Source: Thiohalobacter sp.
Lineage (GTDB): Bacteria > Pseudomonadota > Gammaproteobacteria > DSM-19610
Reading direction: 5' to 3'
Assembly: GCA_026984835.1 (NCBI GenBank)
Contig: JALSRI010000178.1
Location: forward strand, 10,430 to 74,429
Length of the DNA stretch: 64,000 bases
The position numbers and the translations under genes were made by a program. Positions 19,644 to 29,361 of the stretch are shown one piece after another (position 1 is the stretch's first letter; every line of letters starts with the position of its first letter). The notes under the pieces are model-generated. The model was not told the origin of the DNA, searched no databases, and saw only the letters and a list, made by a program, of their open reading frames with translations.

Positions 19644-22150
19644 TTCCTTTCTCCTTTTGCATCCTGGTTCTGAAGAGTTGTTGCCGGTGGAGGTGCCTTA
19701 TGCCAGGAGCTGTGCAGTGATTGCTTGAGGGTGTCCAGGAATCTGCGGTGCCGCGGGTTGTGGTGCTCAAGATGGCGGTACACATGCACCTTGACCAGGT
19801 CGGTGACGAAGGCCGAGGCCACCGAGTAGCCCCAGATCAGGGCAATCTCAGGCCAACTGATCGGCGTGATTAGGCCAAAGCCGTAGGCGGCCATCAGCGT
19901 GGCGGCCAGCTTGGTGACCACCGCAGACCAGACCATGACAGGTGCAGGCCAGGGCCGTTCCCAGAAGTGCCCCTTCGAGCGGGCGACGAACAGCACCAGG
20001 TGGCCCGCCACTGCCATCTTGAGAAAGACATAGGTCTGGACCTGGGGCGTGTCGAGTTGCAGCCAGTCCATGGCCAGCAGCAGCATGCCAAAGCTGCCGA
20101 TTATGCCCACCACGCCCATGGCGGTGGCCACGGTGATCACCTGTGACATGTTCCAGCGCACCGGCCGCGGGGACAGGCCGGTGTGGTCGTAGGCGATGGT
20201 CATGATGGGTACATCATTGAAGAAGGCCAGCAGGATGATCATGACCGCGGTGATGGGATAGAAGTCGAAGAACACCATGGCCAGGACCACGAAGAACATG
20301 ATGCGGATGGTCTCGCTGATACGGTAGATGGCATAGCTGTTCATGCGCACGAAGATGCGCCGCGCCTCCTCGATGGCGCCAATGATGACCGACAGTCCCG
20401 GTGCCGTCAGCACAAGGTCTGCCGCCGCACGGGCGGCGTCGGTGGCACCGCTGACTGCAATGCCCACGTCGGCCTGTTTCAGGGCTGGCGCATCGTTGAC
20501 ACCGTCACCGGTCATGCCGGTGATGTGGTCGCGGGCCTGCAGGATCCTGACAATGGCGAACTTGTGCTCGGGGAAGACTTCGGCAAAGCCGTCGGCCTGC
20601 TCCACCCGATCGGCCGTTGCCGGGTCTGCTGCGTTGCGATCTCCGATGGCAGGCAGCGCATCGGCGCGCAGGATGTTCGCGCCAAGCCCGAGGCGGCTGG
20701 CGATCTGCCGGGCGATGGCAAGGTTGTCGCCAGTCACCATTTTCACTCCGACACCGTAAGCCCGTGCCCGGCCGATGGTATCAGCCGAGTCCTCGCGCGG
20801 CGGGTCGAACAGCGACAGGATGCCGAGCAGGGTCCATTCCCCTCCAGCCGGCTTGCGCGCCACGGCCAGCGCACGGTAGCCCTGATCTGCGAAACGTTCC
20901 ACCACTTGTTGCGCGTGCTGGCGCTGACTGGCGTCCAGTCCGGTCATTTCGATGATGACCTGCGGTGCCCCCTTGGCCACCTGGAACCGTTGTCCGGAGC
21001 TGTCTTCCAGGGTGGCCTCGGTTCGCTTGCGCACCGGGTCGAAAGGGACGAACTCCAGTTGCCGGTAGTCATCCAGGCCGGTTTTGTTCTCCAGCCCTCT
21101 CAGCACCGCCTCGTCGATGGCATCCCGGTCTTCCTCGCGGGAGGCCAGTGCCGCCGCCAGCAGGACCTCCTGCTCGTCACTGGCCACGAAGCGCTCCACT
21201 TCGCCGAGGGTCAGCCGGTTCTGCGTCAGTGTGCCGGTCTTGTCCGAGCACAGGACATCCATGCTGGCCATTTCCTCGATTGATTCCAGGCGGGTGACGA
21301 TGGCCTTGAGCCGTGACAGCGCCACAGCACCCACGGCCATGGTCATGGACAGAACCGCCGGCATGGCGACCGGGATGGAAGCCACGGTCAGGATGAGGGC
21401 GAACTGGACCAGGTCCAGCCAGGGTGCATGGCGGTGCAGTTGTACCAGCAGCAGCAAGGTCACCAGGCCGAGGCTGACATAGATCAGGTAGTCTCCGATG
21501 GAGAGTACGGCGTTCTGAAAGTGTGATGCGGTATGGGCCTGCTGTACCAGGCCGGCGGTTTTCCCGAAGCGGGTGCGGGTGCCGGTAGCGGTCACCTCGG
21601 CCAGCACTTCGCCCTGTTTGACCACTGTGCCGGAGAAGGCGGTATCTCCGGCGCGTACGGTGACAGGCAGAGATTCGCCGGTCAGCGCCGACTGGTCGAC
21701 ACTGAGGTAGTCGCCACCGACCAGTCTGACATCGGCAGGAATCACATCACCGAGACGGATCCGGACGATATCGCCGGGCACCAGCTCCCGGGCATCGATT
21801 TCCTGCCAGAGACCGTCCCGCAATACCCGTGCCTTCAGGGCAAGTTGCTTCTTCAGCGCCTCGACCGCATTACCTGCGGTATACTCCTGCCAGAAACCGA
21901 CCAGAGCGTTGAATATCAGCAGGGCGGATATGATGCCGAGATCCGCCCAGTGTCGGGCCAGTGCCGACAGTACGGCGGCAATCTCGATCATCCAGGGAAT
22001 GGGGCCCCAGAAATAGCCCAGCAACTTGAGCAAGGGAGATATCTTTTGCTCTGCCAGGGCGTTGGGGCCGTATTGCTGCAGGCGTCGTTCGGCCTCGCGG
22101 GAATCCAGTCCCCGTGGTTGCTGCTGCGCTTGTATTGTCGCGTGGTTCAT
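19640..22150 (-). CDS. P-type ATPase, plasma-membrane proton-pump (type IIIA)-like, second copy
   Basis: [17 protein letters not shown]...[40 protein letters not shown]. 4-nt overlaps with ackA upstream and xfp downstream. Confidence 0.85.
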   Translation of the reverse strand: MNHATIQAQQQPRGLDSREAERRLQQYGPNALAEQKISPLLKLLGYFWGPIPWMIEIAAVLSALARHWADLGIISALLIFNALVGFWQEYTAGNAVEALKKQLALKARVLRDGLWQEIDARELVPGDIVRIRLGDVIPADVRLVGGDYLSVDQSALTGESLPVTVRAGDTAFSGTVVKQGEVLAEVTATGTRTRFGKTAGLVQQAHTASHFQNAVLSIGDYLIYVSLGLVTLLLLVQLHRHAPWLDLVQFALILTVASIPVAMPAVLSMTMAVGAVALSRLKAIVTRLESIEEMASMDVLCSDKTGTLTQNRLTLGEVERFVASDEQEVLLAAALASREEDRDAIDEAVLRGLENKTGLDDYRQLEFVPFDPVRKRTEATLEDSSGQRFQVAKGAPQVIIEMTGLDASQRQHAQQVVERFADQGYRALAVARKPAGGEWTLLGILSLFDPPREDSADTIGRARAYGVGVKMVTGDNLAIARQIASRLGLGANILRADALPAIGDRNAADPATADRVEQADGFAEVFPEHKFAIVRILQARDHITGMTGDGVNDAPALKQADVGIAVSGATDAARAAADLVLTAPGLSVIIGAIEEARRIFVRMNSYAIYRISETIRIMFFVVLAMVFFDFYPITAVMIILLAFFNDVPIMTIAYDHTGLSPRPVRWNMSQVITVATAMGVVGIIGSFGMLLLAMDWLQLDTPQVQTYVFLKMAVAGHLVLFVARSKGHFWERPWPAPVMVWSAVVTKLAATLMAAYGFGLITPISWPEIALIWGYSVASAFVTDLVKVHVYRHLEHHNPRHRRFLDTLKQSLHSSWHKAPPPATTLQNQDAKGERK

Positions 22151-23358
22151 TCCTGTCTCCTGGTCTGTTCATCCCGCGGCCCGACACAGACGAGTGAATG
22201 GGTGTGTCGGGCCACGACGTGCTCCTCGTCGGTGGCAATGCGCAATACCGACACGCGGCTGTCCGGTGCGCCGATGCAGGTCGCGTTGCGGTTATTGGCG
22301 CCGGCGTCGATCATGATCCCCAGCCAGGCCGTCTGGTGGCAGATACGCTCGCGTATGGCCGGCGCGTTCTCGCCGATGCCAGCGGTGAACACCAGCGCGT
22401 CCAGGCCGCCCAGCGCGCCCGCCAGCGAGGCGATGGCACGGCTGGTGTGGTGCACGAAATAGTCCACGGCCCCGGCCGCCTCCGGGCGCGGGTTGCCCAG
22501 CAGTTCGCGCATGTCGCCGTTGCCGCCGGCCAGGCCGGCCAGGCCGCTGTGGTGGTTGAGCAGGTCGTCCACTTCGGTCACCGACAGGCCGGCCTCACGG
22601 ATGAGGTAGGTCACCACGCCCGGGTCGAGCTGGCCGGGGCGGGTGGCCATGGGCACGCCGTCCAGCGGCGTGAAGCCCATGGTGGTGGCGACGCTGCGGC
22701 CGTCGCGCAGCGCGCACAGGCTGGCGCCGTGGCCGAGGTGCGCGATGACGATCTTTCCCCCGGCCGCGGCGCCGAGATGCGCTGGCAGTACCGACGCGAT
22801 GTATTCGTAGGACAGGCCATGGAAGCCGTAGCGGCGGATGCCGCGGTCGAACCAGTGGCGGGGCAGGGCATAGCGCTGCTCGTTGGGCGGCATGCTGCAG
22901 TGGAAGGCGGTATCGAAGCAGGCCACCTGGGGCAGGTCGGGATTGAGCCTGCGCAGCGCCTCGATGGCGGCCAGGTTGTGCGGCATGTGCAGCGGCGCCA
23001 GCGGCACGAAGGCGCGCAGCGCGTCGAGTATGTCCGCGTCGATGCGCACCGGCCGGTCGAAGCGGTGGCCGCCGTGTACCACGCGGTGGCCGGCGGCGGC
23101 CAGCTCGCCGTAGTCGGCCTGTCGTCCGAGCCAGTCCAGCAGCCGGTCGAGGGCCCGTTCGTGGTCGGCGACCGCCGCGGGTTCGTCCAGCAGCGGCTTG
23201 CTGCCGGCGTCGAAGACCCGGAAGCGCGCCGCCGCGCCGAGACCCTGGAACCGGCCATGGCAGCGGCGCAGCGGTTCCCGCCCGCTTGTGCTGAACAAGG
23301 CGAACTTGAGGCTCGAGGAGCCGGCGTTGAGTACCAGAATGGAATCAGCCCGGGCCAC
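22147..23358 (-). CDS. ackA: acetate kinase
   Basis: ILVLNAGSSSLKF N-terminus; 403 aa ASKHA fold pattern. Confidence 0.9.
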   Translation of the reverse strand: MARADSILVLNAGSSSLKFALFSTSGREPLRRCHGRFQGLGAAARFRVFDAGSKPLLDEPAAVADHERALDRLLDWLGRQADYGELAAAGHRVVHGGHRFDRPVRIDADILDALRAFVPLAPLHMPHNLAAIEALRRLNPDLPQVACFDTAFHCSMPPNEQRYALPRHWFDRGIRRYGFHGLSYEYIASVLPAHLGAAAGGKIVIAHLGHGASLCALRDGRSVATTMGFTPLDGVPMATRPGQLDPGVVTYLIREAGLSVTEVDDLLNHHSGLAGLAGGNGDMRELLGNPRPEAAGAVDYFVHHTSRAIASLAGALGGLDALVFTAGIGENAPAIRERICHQTAWLGIMIDAGANNRNATCIGAPDSRVSVLRIATDEEHVVARHTHSLVCVGPRDEQTRRQE

Positions 23359-23365
23359 GGGGACG

Positions 23366-24766
23366 CTACAGCTCGAACACGTCGTTCAGGCCGGGCATGT
23401 GTACCCGGGTGTCCTGAAGGTGGCTGGCGAAATGCCGCATCACCTCTTCCTCGCCGTGTACCAGGATGCAGTGCTCGGGGCCGCCGGTCTGGCGGTACCA
23501 GGCCAGCAGTTCGTCGCGGTCGGCGTGCGCGGAAAAACCGCCTATGGTATAGAGGCGGGCCCGTACCGGAATGTCCTCGTGGAAGATCCGCACCTTGTCG
23601 GCGCCGTCGATGATGCGCCGCGCCAGGGTGCCGCGCGCCGCGTAGCCGACGAAGATGACGCTGGAATCATCGCGCCACAGGTTGTGGCGCAGGTGGTGGC
23701 GCACGCGGCCGCCGGTGCACATGCCGGAGCCGGCCATGATGACGGCACCGCCGCCGATGTTGTTCAGCGCGATGGACTGGGCGGTCTCGCGGGTGAAGTG
23801 CAGGCCCGGCAGCGAGAAGGGGTCGTTGCCTTCCCGGAACAGTTCGGCAGTCCGGGCGTCGTAGCATTCCGGGTGGCGCTCGAAGATCCGGGTGGCGGAG
23901 ATGGCCATGGGGGAATCCAGGAACACCTGCATGCTGGCCGGCAGCCGGCCCTGATCCACGCCTTCGTGCAGGAAGTAGAGGATCTCCTGGGCGCGTTCCA
24001 GGGCGAAAGTGGGGATGATCACGTTGCCGCCGCGGCGGAACGTGTCCTCGATGCCGCTGTAGAGTTCCTCGATGGAGGGCTTGAGCTGCTTGTGCAGGCG
24101 GTCGCCGTAGGTGGTCTCCATGACCACCACGTCGGCGTGCGGCGGCGTGGCCGGGTCGCGCAGCAGGGCGCGGCCGGAGTAGCCGAGGTCGCCCGAGAAC
24201 AGCACGCTGCGGCGACGGCCGCCTTCCTCCAGCTCCAGGAAGATACTGGCCGAGCCCAGGATGTGGCCGGCGTCGAGGAAGGTGGCGCGGATGCCGGGAG
24301 CGATCTCCAGCGGACTGCCGTAGACGGCGCTGCGGCCGAAGAACTCCATGCCGTTCAAGGCATCGAGCAGGTTGTACAGGGGGTCGACTTCCCGTTGCGG
24401 GTGGTGGTGGCCGTGTGCGCGCCGGGCCTTGCGCGACTGGTACTCGGCTTCTTCCTCCTGCAGGTGGGCAGCGTCGAGCATGACCAGGCGTGCCAGCTCG
24501 CGGCTGGCCGCGGTGGTGATGATTTCGCCCTGGAAGCCGCGTTTGGCCAGCAGCGGTATGCGGCCGCAGTGGTCGAGGTGGGCGTGGGTGAGCAGCAGGT
24601 AGTCGATGTCGGCCGGCTCGAAGCCGAAGGGTGCCGCGTTTTCCTCGGCCAGTTCGCGGCCGCCCTGATACAGGCCGCAGTCGATGAGGATACGCTTGCC
24701 ATTGCATTCCAGCAGGTGACAGGAGCCGGTGACTTCGTGGTCGGCGCCGTGGAAGGAGATTTTCAT
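23366..24766 (-). CDS. MBL-fold metallo-hydrolase with beta-CASP / RNA-specificity domain
   Basis: HAHLDHCG motif, then beta-CASP-type motifs and a C-terminal FSAHAD. ATG 24766 (MKISFHGA) chosen because the upstream extension is Arg/Ser-rich junk. Confidence 0.8.
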   Translation of the reverse strand: MKISFHGADHEVTGSCHLLECNGKRILIDCGLYQGGRELAEENAAPFGFEPADIDYLLLTHAHLDHCGRIPLLAKRGFQGEIITTAASRELARLVMLDAAHLQEEEAEYQSRKARRAHGHHHPQREVDPLYNLLDALNGMEFFGRSAVYGSPLEIAPGIRATFLDAGHILGSASIFLELEEGGRRRSVLFSGDLGYSGRALLRDPATPPHADVVVMETTYGDRLHKQLKPSIEELYSGIEDTFRRGGNVIIPTFALERAQEILYFLHEGVDQGRLPASMQVFLDSPMAISATRIFERHPECYDARTAELFREGNDPFSLPGLHFTRETAQSIALNNIGGGAVIMAGSGMCTGGRVRHHLRHNLWRDDSSVIFVGYAARGTLARRIIDGADKVRIFHEDIPVRARLYTIGGFSAHADRDELLAWYRQTGGPEHCILVHGEEEVMRHFASHLQDTRVHMPGLNDVFEL

Positions 24767-24794
24767 GGTCTGTTGTTCCTCGTCGTGCAGGGGG

Positions 24795-25757
24795 TCAATC
24801 GAACAGCGGGGTTCCGTTGGCCTGGTGCCAGCGCTGGATGCCTTCCCAGGCGTCCAGCGCCGATTCCGCGAACCAGAACAAGTCCCGGTCCTCGTCGTCG
24901 ATGACGCCTTCCGCGGCGAGGAAGTCAAAGTCGACGACGCGTCGCCAGTAGGCCTCGCCCATCAGCACCACCGGCAGTGGCTTTATCTTGCGTGTCTGAA
25001 TCAGTGTCAGCGTCTCGAACAACTCGTCCAGGGTTCCGTAGCCACCGGGGAAGGCGACCAGCGCACGGGCGCGCAGCAGGAAGTGCAGCTTGCGCAGGGC
25101 AAAGTAATGGAATCGGAAGCACAGCCCGGGGGTGAGATAGGGATTGGGAAACTGTTCGTGGGGCAGGGTGATGTTGAGGCCGATGGTCTTGGCGCCCGCT
25201 TCCCAGGCGCCGCGGTTGGCCGCTTCCATCATGCCGGGCCCTCCGCCGGTCATCAGCACCACGCGCGAATCCTGTGGGCCGCTGCCGCTGTCGCCCACCA
25301 GGCGGCCGAACTCCCGGGCGATGTCGTAGAAACGGCTCTTGTCGAGAATGCGCCGGGCGATATCCAACTGACGTTTGAGCGCGGCGTCGGCGGGGCTGGC
25401 CTGCAGCGCCCGTTCGAGTTCCTTTACCCTGCGGCGCGCCATGGCCGGTTCGTGAATGCGGGTGCCGCCGAACACGACGATGGTGTGGCGGATACTGTGC
25501 TGTTCCAGCAGCAGTTCCGGCTTGCTGTAGTCGAGTTGCAGGCGGACTCCGCGGGTGGCGCCCTGGCGCAGAAAGTCGATATCCGCGTCGGCTGGCCGGT
25601 AGGACGGGTTTTCCATGAGTGCCTGCACCCGGTCATGGGCGCCGGCATCGTCCTCGATTGCCTTGGGCGTCTGCCAGGGAAGCTTCTCGTGGCGTCGGAT
25701 CGGGTGGGGTGGCGGCGGTATCGACAGATCGTCCCGCGGTGGTGGCTGCTTGCTCAA
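24795..25757 (-). CDS. LOG / TIGR00730 family Rossmann protein (nucleotide 5'-monophosphate nucleosidase-like)
   Basis: GGGPGMMEAANRGA and PGGYGTLDELFE motifs. Candidate TTG start at 25757 overlaps the pta stop (TTGA); the alternative is ATG at 25616. Confidence 0.75.
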   Translation of the reverse strand: MSKQPPPRDDLSIPPPPHPIRRHEKLPWQTPKAIEDDAGAHDRVQALMENPSYRPADADIDFLRQGATRGVRLQLDYSKPELLLEQHSIRHTIVVFGGTRIHEPAMARRRVKELERALQASPADAALKRQLDIARRILDKSRFYDIAREFGRLVGDSGSGPQDSRVVLMTGGGPGMMEAANRGAWEAGAKTIGLNITLPHEQFPNPYLTPGLCFRFHYFALRKLHFLLRARALVAFPGGYGTLDELFETLTLIQTRKIKPLPVVLMGEAYWRRVVDFDFLAAEGVIDDEDRDLFWFAESALDAWEGIQRWHQANGTPLFD

Positions 25758-26707
25758 GCTCGTTCCTCCCCCTCGTGATGCATGATCACGGCCAGTGCCG
25801 CCGCAGCCAGCCGCGCGACCGGCGGGTCGGACCGTGAGGGTAGCATGATGGGAACCCGTGCGCCGACCACGATGCCGGCCAGGGTGGCGCCGGCCAGGTA
25901 CTCCAGGTCCTTGGCGAGGATGTTGGCGGCATTCAGGTCCGGCGCCAGCAGGATGTCCACGTCGCCGGACACCGGACTGTCGATGTGCTTGATGTGGGCC
26001 GCTTCCGCCGAAATGGCGTTGTCGAAGGCCAGCGGGCCGTCGACGACGGCGTGCAGGATCTGACCGCGCTCGGCCATCTTGCTCAGGCAGGCGGCGTCGA
26101 TGGTGGAGGCGATGGCGGGCTTGACTACCTCCACGGCGGACAGGGCGGCCACCTTGGGGCGTTCGACGCCCAGCAGGCGTGCCAAGTCGATGGCGTTGCG
26201 CAGGATGTCGGCCTTGATGGCCAGATCGGGGGCGATGTTGATGGCGGCGTCGGTGATGAACAGCAGCTTGTCGTAGCTCGGCAGTTCGGTCACGAACACG
26301 TGGCTGACCCGCTTGCCGGTCCGCAGTCCGGCCAGTACCGGATGCATCAGGGCGTCGGTGTGGATCCAGCCCTTGGCCAGCGCCGCGACTTCGCCGCGCT
26401 GAGCCAGTTCGACGCCCAGGCGCGCGGCTTCCTGCTCCGTATCGGCCGCGATCAGGCGCTGCGCGTCGAGGGAGCGCCCCAGCGTCCCACACAGGGCGCG
26501 GACGCGCCGAGGGTCGCCAATCAGTACCGGTTCCACCAGGCCGGCATCATGGGCCTCCATCATGCCCTGCAGGACGTGACTTTCCTCGGCGTTGACGACG
26601 GCGACGGGGATGGGGCCGTAGCGGCGGGCCCGCTCCAGGTAGGCCTGCAGCCGCGGGCAGGCCCGGGCAGCGGCCGGAGTGGCTGGTTCCCGTGGCGGAG
26701 CGGACAC
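25754..26707 (-). CDS. pta: phosphate acetyl/butyryl transferase family protein
   Basis: PTA_PTB-like sequence (ITDAAINIAP, DGPLAFDNA, LLAPDLNAANILAK). GTG 26707 lies 2 nt after the ppsA stop. Confidence 0.8.
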   Translation of the reverse strand: MSAPPREPATPAAARACPRLQAYLERARRYGPIPVAVVNAEESHVLQGMMEAHDAGLVEPVLIGDPRRVRALCGTLGRSLDAQRLIAADTEQEAARLGVELAQRGEVAALAKGWIHTDALMHPVLAGLRTGKRVSHVFVTELPSYDKLLFITDAAINIAPDLAIKADILRNAIDLARLLGVERPKVAALSAVEVVKPAIASTIDAACLSKMAERGQILHAVVDGPLAFDNAISAEAAHIKHIDSPVSGDVDILLAPDLNAANILAKDLEYLAGATLAGIVVGARVPIMLPSRSDPPVARLAAAALAVIMHHEGEERA

Positions 26708-26709
26708 GA

Positions 26710-29166
26710 TCAGGTGTCCCCGGGCCCTTGCTTCGCGGTCTGCAGGCGTGCTTCCGCCTCCACCACGCGGCGCAGGGTGGCAAGCACGGTGTCCGGATTG
26801 AGGCTGATGGAGTCGATACCGATACCGACCAGGTATTCCGCCACCTCGGGGTAGTCCGAGGGCGCCTGGCCACAGATGCCGCTGTGGCGCCGGTTGCGGC
26901 GGCAACCCTCGACTGCCCAGCGGATCATCTTCAACACACCGGGGTCGCGTTCGTCGTAGTCGAAGGCCAGGATCTCGCTGTCACGGTCCACGCCCAGGGT
27001 GAGCTGGGTGAGGTCGTTGGAACCGATGCTGAAGCCGTCGAACAGTTCACTGAATTCGTCGATCTCGACCACGTTGTTGGGTATCTCGCACATCACGTAG
27101 ATCTTCAGGCCATTGTCGCCGCGTACCAGGCCGTGTGCAGCCATGCTGTCGATGACCTTGCGACCCTCCGGTACGCGCCGGCAGAAGGGGATCATCAGGA
27201 TGATGTTGTCCATGCCGATCACTTCGCGGGCGCGCTTCATGGCGGCGCACTCGAGGGCGAAGCCGTCGGCATAGTCCGGATGCGTGTAGCGGGCCGCACC
27301 GCGGAAACCGATCATCGGGTTGTCCTCGACCGGTTCGAAGGTCTTGCCGCCCAGCAGGGTGGCGTACTCGTTGGTCTTGAAATCACTCATGCGCACCACG
27401 CATGGCCGTGGCCACACCGACGCGGCCAGGGTGGCCACCCCCTCGGAAAGGGTCTTGACGAAAAAATCGACCGGGTCGTCGTAGGCAGCGCTAAGGACGC
27501 CCAGCGCCTCGCGGGTCCGGGCATCGACGCGGTCCGGGTGCCTGAGTGCCATCGGGTGCGCCTTGATGTATTCATTGATGATGAATTCCATGCGCGCCAG
27601 GCCGATGCCGTCCACCGGCAGGGCGGCCAGGCTGAAGGCCTGGTCAGGGTCGCCGAGGTTCATCATGATCCTGGTCATCGGTCGCGGCAGCTCGCCGAGA
27701 TCGGTCTCCTCGATGTCGTAGTCGAGGATGCCTTCGTAGACCTTGCCGGTCTCGCCCTCGGCGCAGCTGACGGTGACCGGCTGACCGTCGCCAAGCACCC
27801 TGGTGGCGTCCTCGGCGCCCACCACGGCGGGAATGCCGAGCTCACGCGAGACGATAGCAGCGTGACAGGTGCGCCCGCCGCGGTTGGTGACGATGGCGGC
27901 AGCGGTCTTCATCACCGGCTCCCAGTCCGGGGTGGTGGTGTCGGCCACCAGCACCTCGCCGGGCCGGAAATCGGCGAGATGGCCGACGTCGGCGATGACG
28001 TGCACCTTGCCGGCGCCGATGCGGGTGCCGACGGCCCGGCCCTGGACCAGCACACGGGATCTCGCCTTGAGGTGATAGAGGCGCAGTATGCTGTCCTTCT
28101 TCTGGGACTCCACCGTCTCCGGGCGCGCCTGCACCATGTAGAGCTGGCCGTCGATGCCGTCCCTGGCCCATTCCATGTCCATGGGTTTGTGGAAACCGGC
28201 CTGGCGGGAATAGTGCTTCTCGATCTTGATGGCGTAGTCGGCCAGCACCATGACATCGTCGTCCGAAATGCAGAAACGCGCGCGTTCTGTGGGCGTGGTG
28301 TCGATATTGCGTGTGTACTCGACGGCGATGTTGTCCGTGTTGAGGGTGTCGGTGAACACCATTTTCTGCTCTTTGGCGCCGAGCCTGCGCTTGAGTACCG
28401 CCCGGCAGCCTTTCTCGAAGGTGGGCTTGTGCACGTAGAAGCTGTCCGGATCGATGGTGCCCTGGACCACGTTCTCGCCCAGCCCCAGCGCCGCGTTGAT
28501 GAACACCACGTCGCGGAAGCCGGTTTCGGTGTCCAGCGAGAACATGACGCCGCTGGCGCCCTGGTCGCTGCGGACCATCTTCATGACGACGACACACAGG
28601 TAGACCCTGTAGTAGTCGAATCGGTTGTCGTACTTGTAATGAATGGAGCGGTCGGTGAAATTGGAGGCCAGGCAGCGCTTGTAGGCGTCGAGCAGGGCGT
28701 CGTCTCCGCTGATGTGCAGGTAGGTATCGTTCTGGCCAGCGAACGAGGCTTCGGGCGAGTCTTCCGCTGTCGCCGAGGAACGCACCGCCAGTGACACGTC
28801 GTCGCCGTATTCCTGCCTGAGCCGCGCGTACTGGGCAAGGATGTCCGCTTTCAGATCGTCGGGCAGGGTGCAGCCATAGACGATCTCCCGGGCCCTGGCG
28901 CCGCGCGTCTGCAGGTCCCTGACATCGTCGGGATCGAGCCCGTCCAGTGCCTGGTGCAGCCTCGGCCAGGCCTCGTTGGCATCCAGCACATAACGGTAGG
29001 CCGCGGCGGTTACCGCGAATCCATTGGGAACGCGAACGCCTTCGCTGGTGAGATTGCGGTACATCTCCCCCAGGCTGGCGTTCTTGCCGCCCACCTCGGG
29101 GATGTCGTCGATACCGATTTCGCCGAACCAGCGAGTATAGGCTGGCCTGTCTTTTGTCGCTGCCAT
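26710..29166 (-). CDS. ppsA: phosphoenolpyruvate synthase (pyruvate, water dikinase)
   Basis: 818 aa. N-terminus GGKNASLGEM, phosphohistidine loop GGRTCHAAIVSRELGIPAVVG, C-terminal PEP-utilising domain. Confidence 0.95.
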   Translation of the reverse strand: MAATKDRPAYTRWFGEIGIDDIPEVGGKNASLGEMYRNLTSEGVRVPNGFAVTAAAYRYVLDANEAWPRLHQALDGLDPDDVRDLQTRGARAREIVYGCTLPDDLKADILAQYARLRQEYGDDVSLAVRSSATAEDSPEASFAGQNDTYLHISGDDALLDAYKRCLASNFTDRSIHYKYDNRFDYYRVYLCVVVMKMVRSDQGASGVMFSLDTETGFRDVVFINAALGLGENVVQGTIDPDSFYVHKPTFEKGCRAVLKRRLGAKEQKMVFTDTLNTDNIAVEYTRNIDTTPTERARFCISDDDVMVLADYAIKIEKHYSRQAGFHKPMDMEWARDGIDGQLYMVQARPETVESQKKDSILRLYHLKARSRVLVQGRAVGTRIGAGKVHVIADVGHLADFRPGEVLVADTTTPDWEPVMKTAAAIVTNRGGRTCHAAIVSRELGIPAVVGAEDATRVLGDGQPVTVSCAEGETGKVYEGILDYDIEETDLGELPRPMTRIMMNLGDPDQAFSLAALPVDGIGLARMEFIINEYIKAHPMALRHPDRVDARTREALGVLSAAYDDPVDFFVKTLSEGVATLAASVWPRPCVVRMSDFKTNEYATLLGGKTFEPVEDNPMIGFRGAARYTHPDYADGFALECAAMKRAREVIGMDNIILMIPFCRRVPEGRKVIDSMAAHGLVRGDNGLKIYVMCEIPNNVVEIDEFSELFDGFSIGSNDLTQLTLGVDRDSEILAFDYDERDPGVLKMIRWAVEGCRRNRRHSGICGQAPSDYPEVAEYLVGIGIDSISLNPDTVLATLRRVVEAEARLQTAKQGPGDT

Positions 29167-29225
29167 GGTTCTTTCCTTGCCATGTGGTTGGTAGGCCGGC
29201 GCAGACGTTCCGGGGGATACGAACC

Positions 29226-29266
29226 ATTCTAGCGCATACGCCGCCGCGTGCCTTGATGCGGATCAA
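29226..29266 (-). promoter_or_regulatory. FNR/CRP-family box (TTGATgcggATCAA, 29253-29266) plus -10-like TAGAAT (29231-29226) upstream of ppsA
   Basis: Perfect 14-bp palindrome. Its centre is about 40.5 bp upstream of the start site implied by the -10 hexamer. ppsA ATG is at 29166. Confidence 0.6.
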
Positions 29267-29361
29267 CGGCAGGCCGAGGGGGCCGGCTTCGCTCCAGGAA
29301 TCATGCTGTCTTCGCCTTGCGCAGGGCGATGCCTGGCTGCGCGCTGCCGTCGAACAGTACC

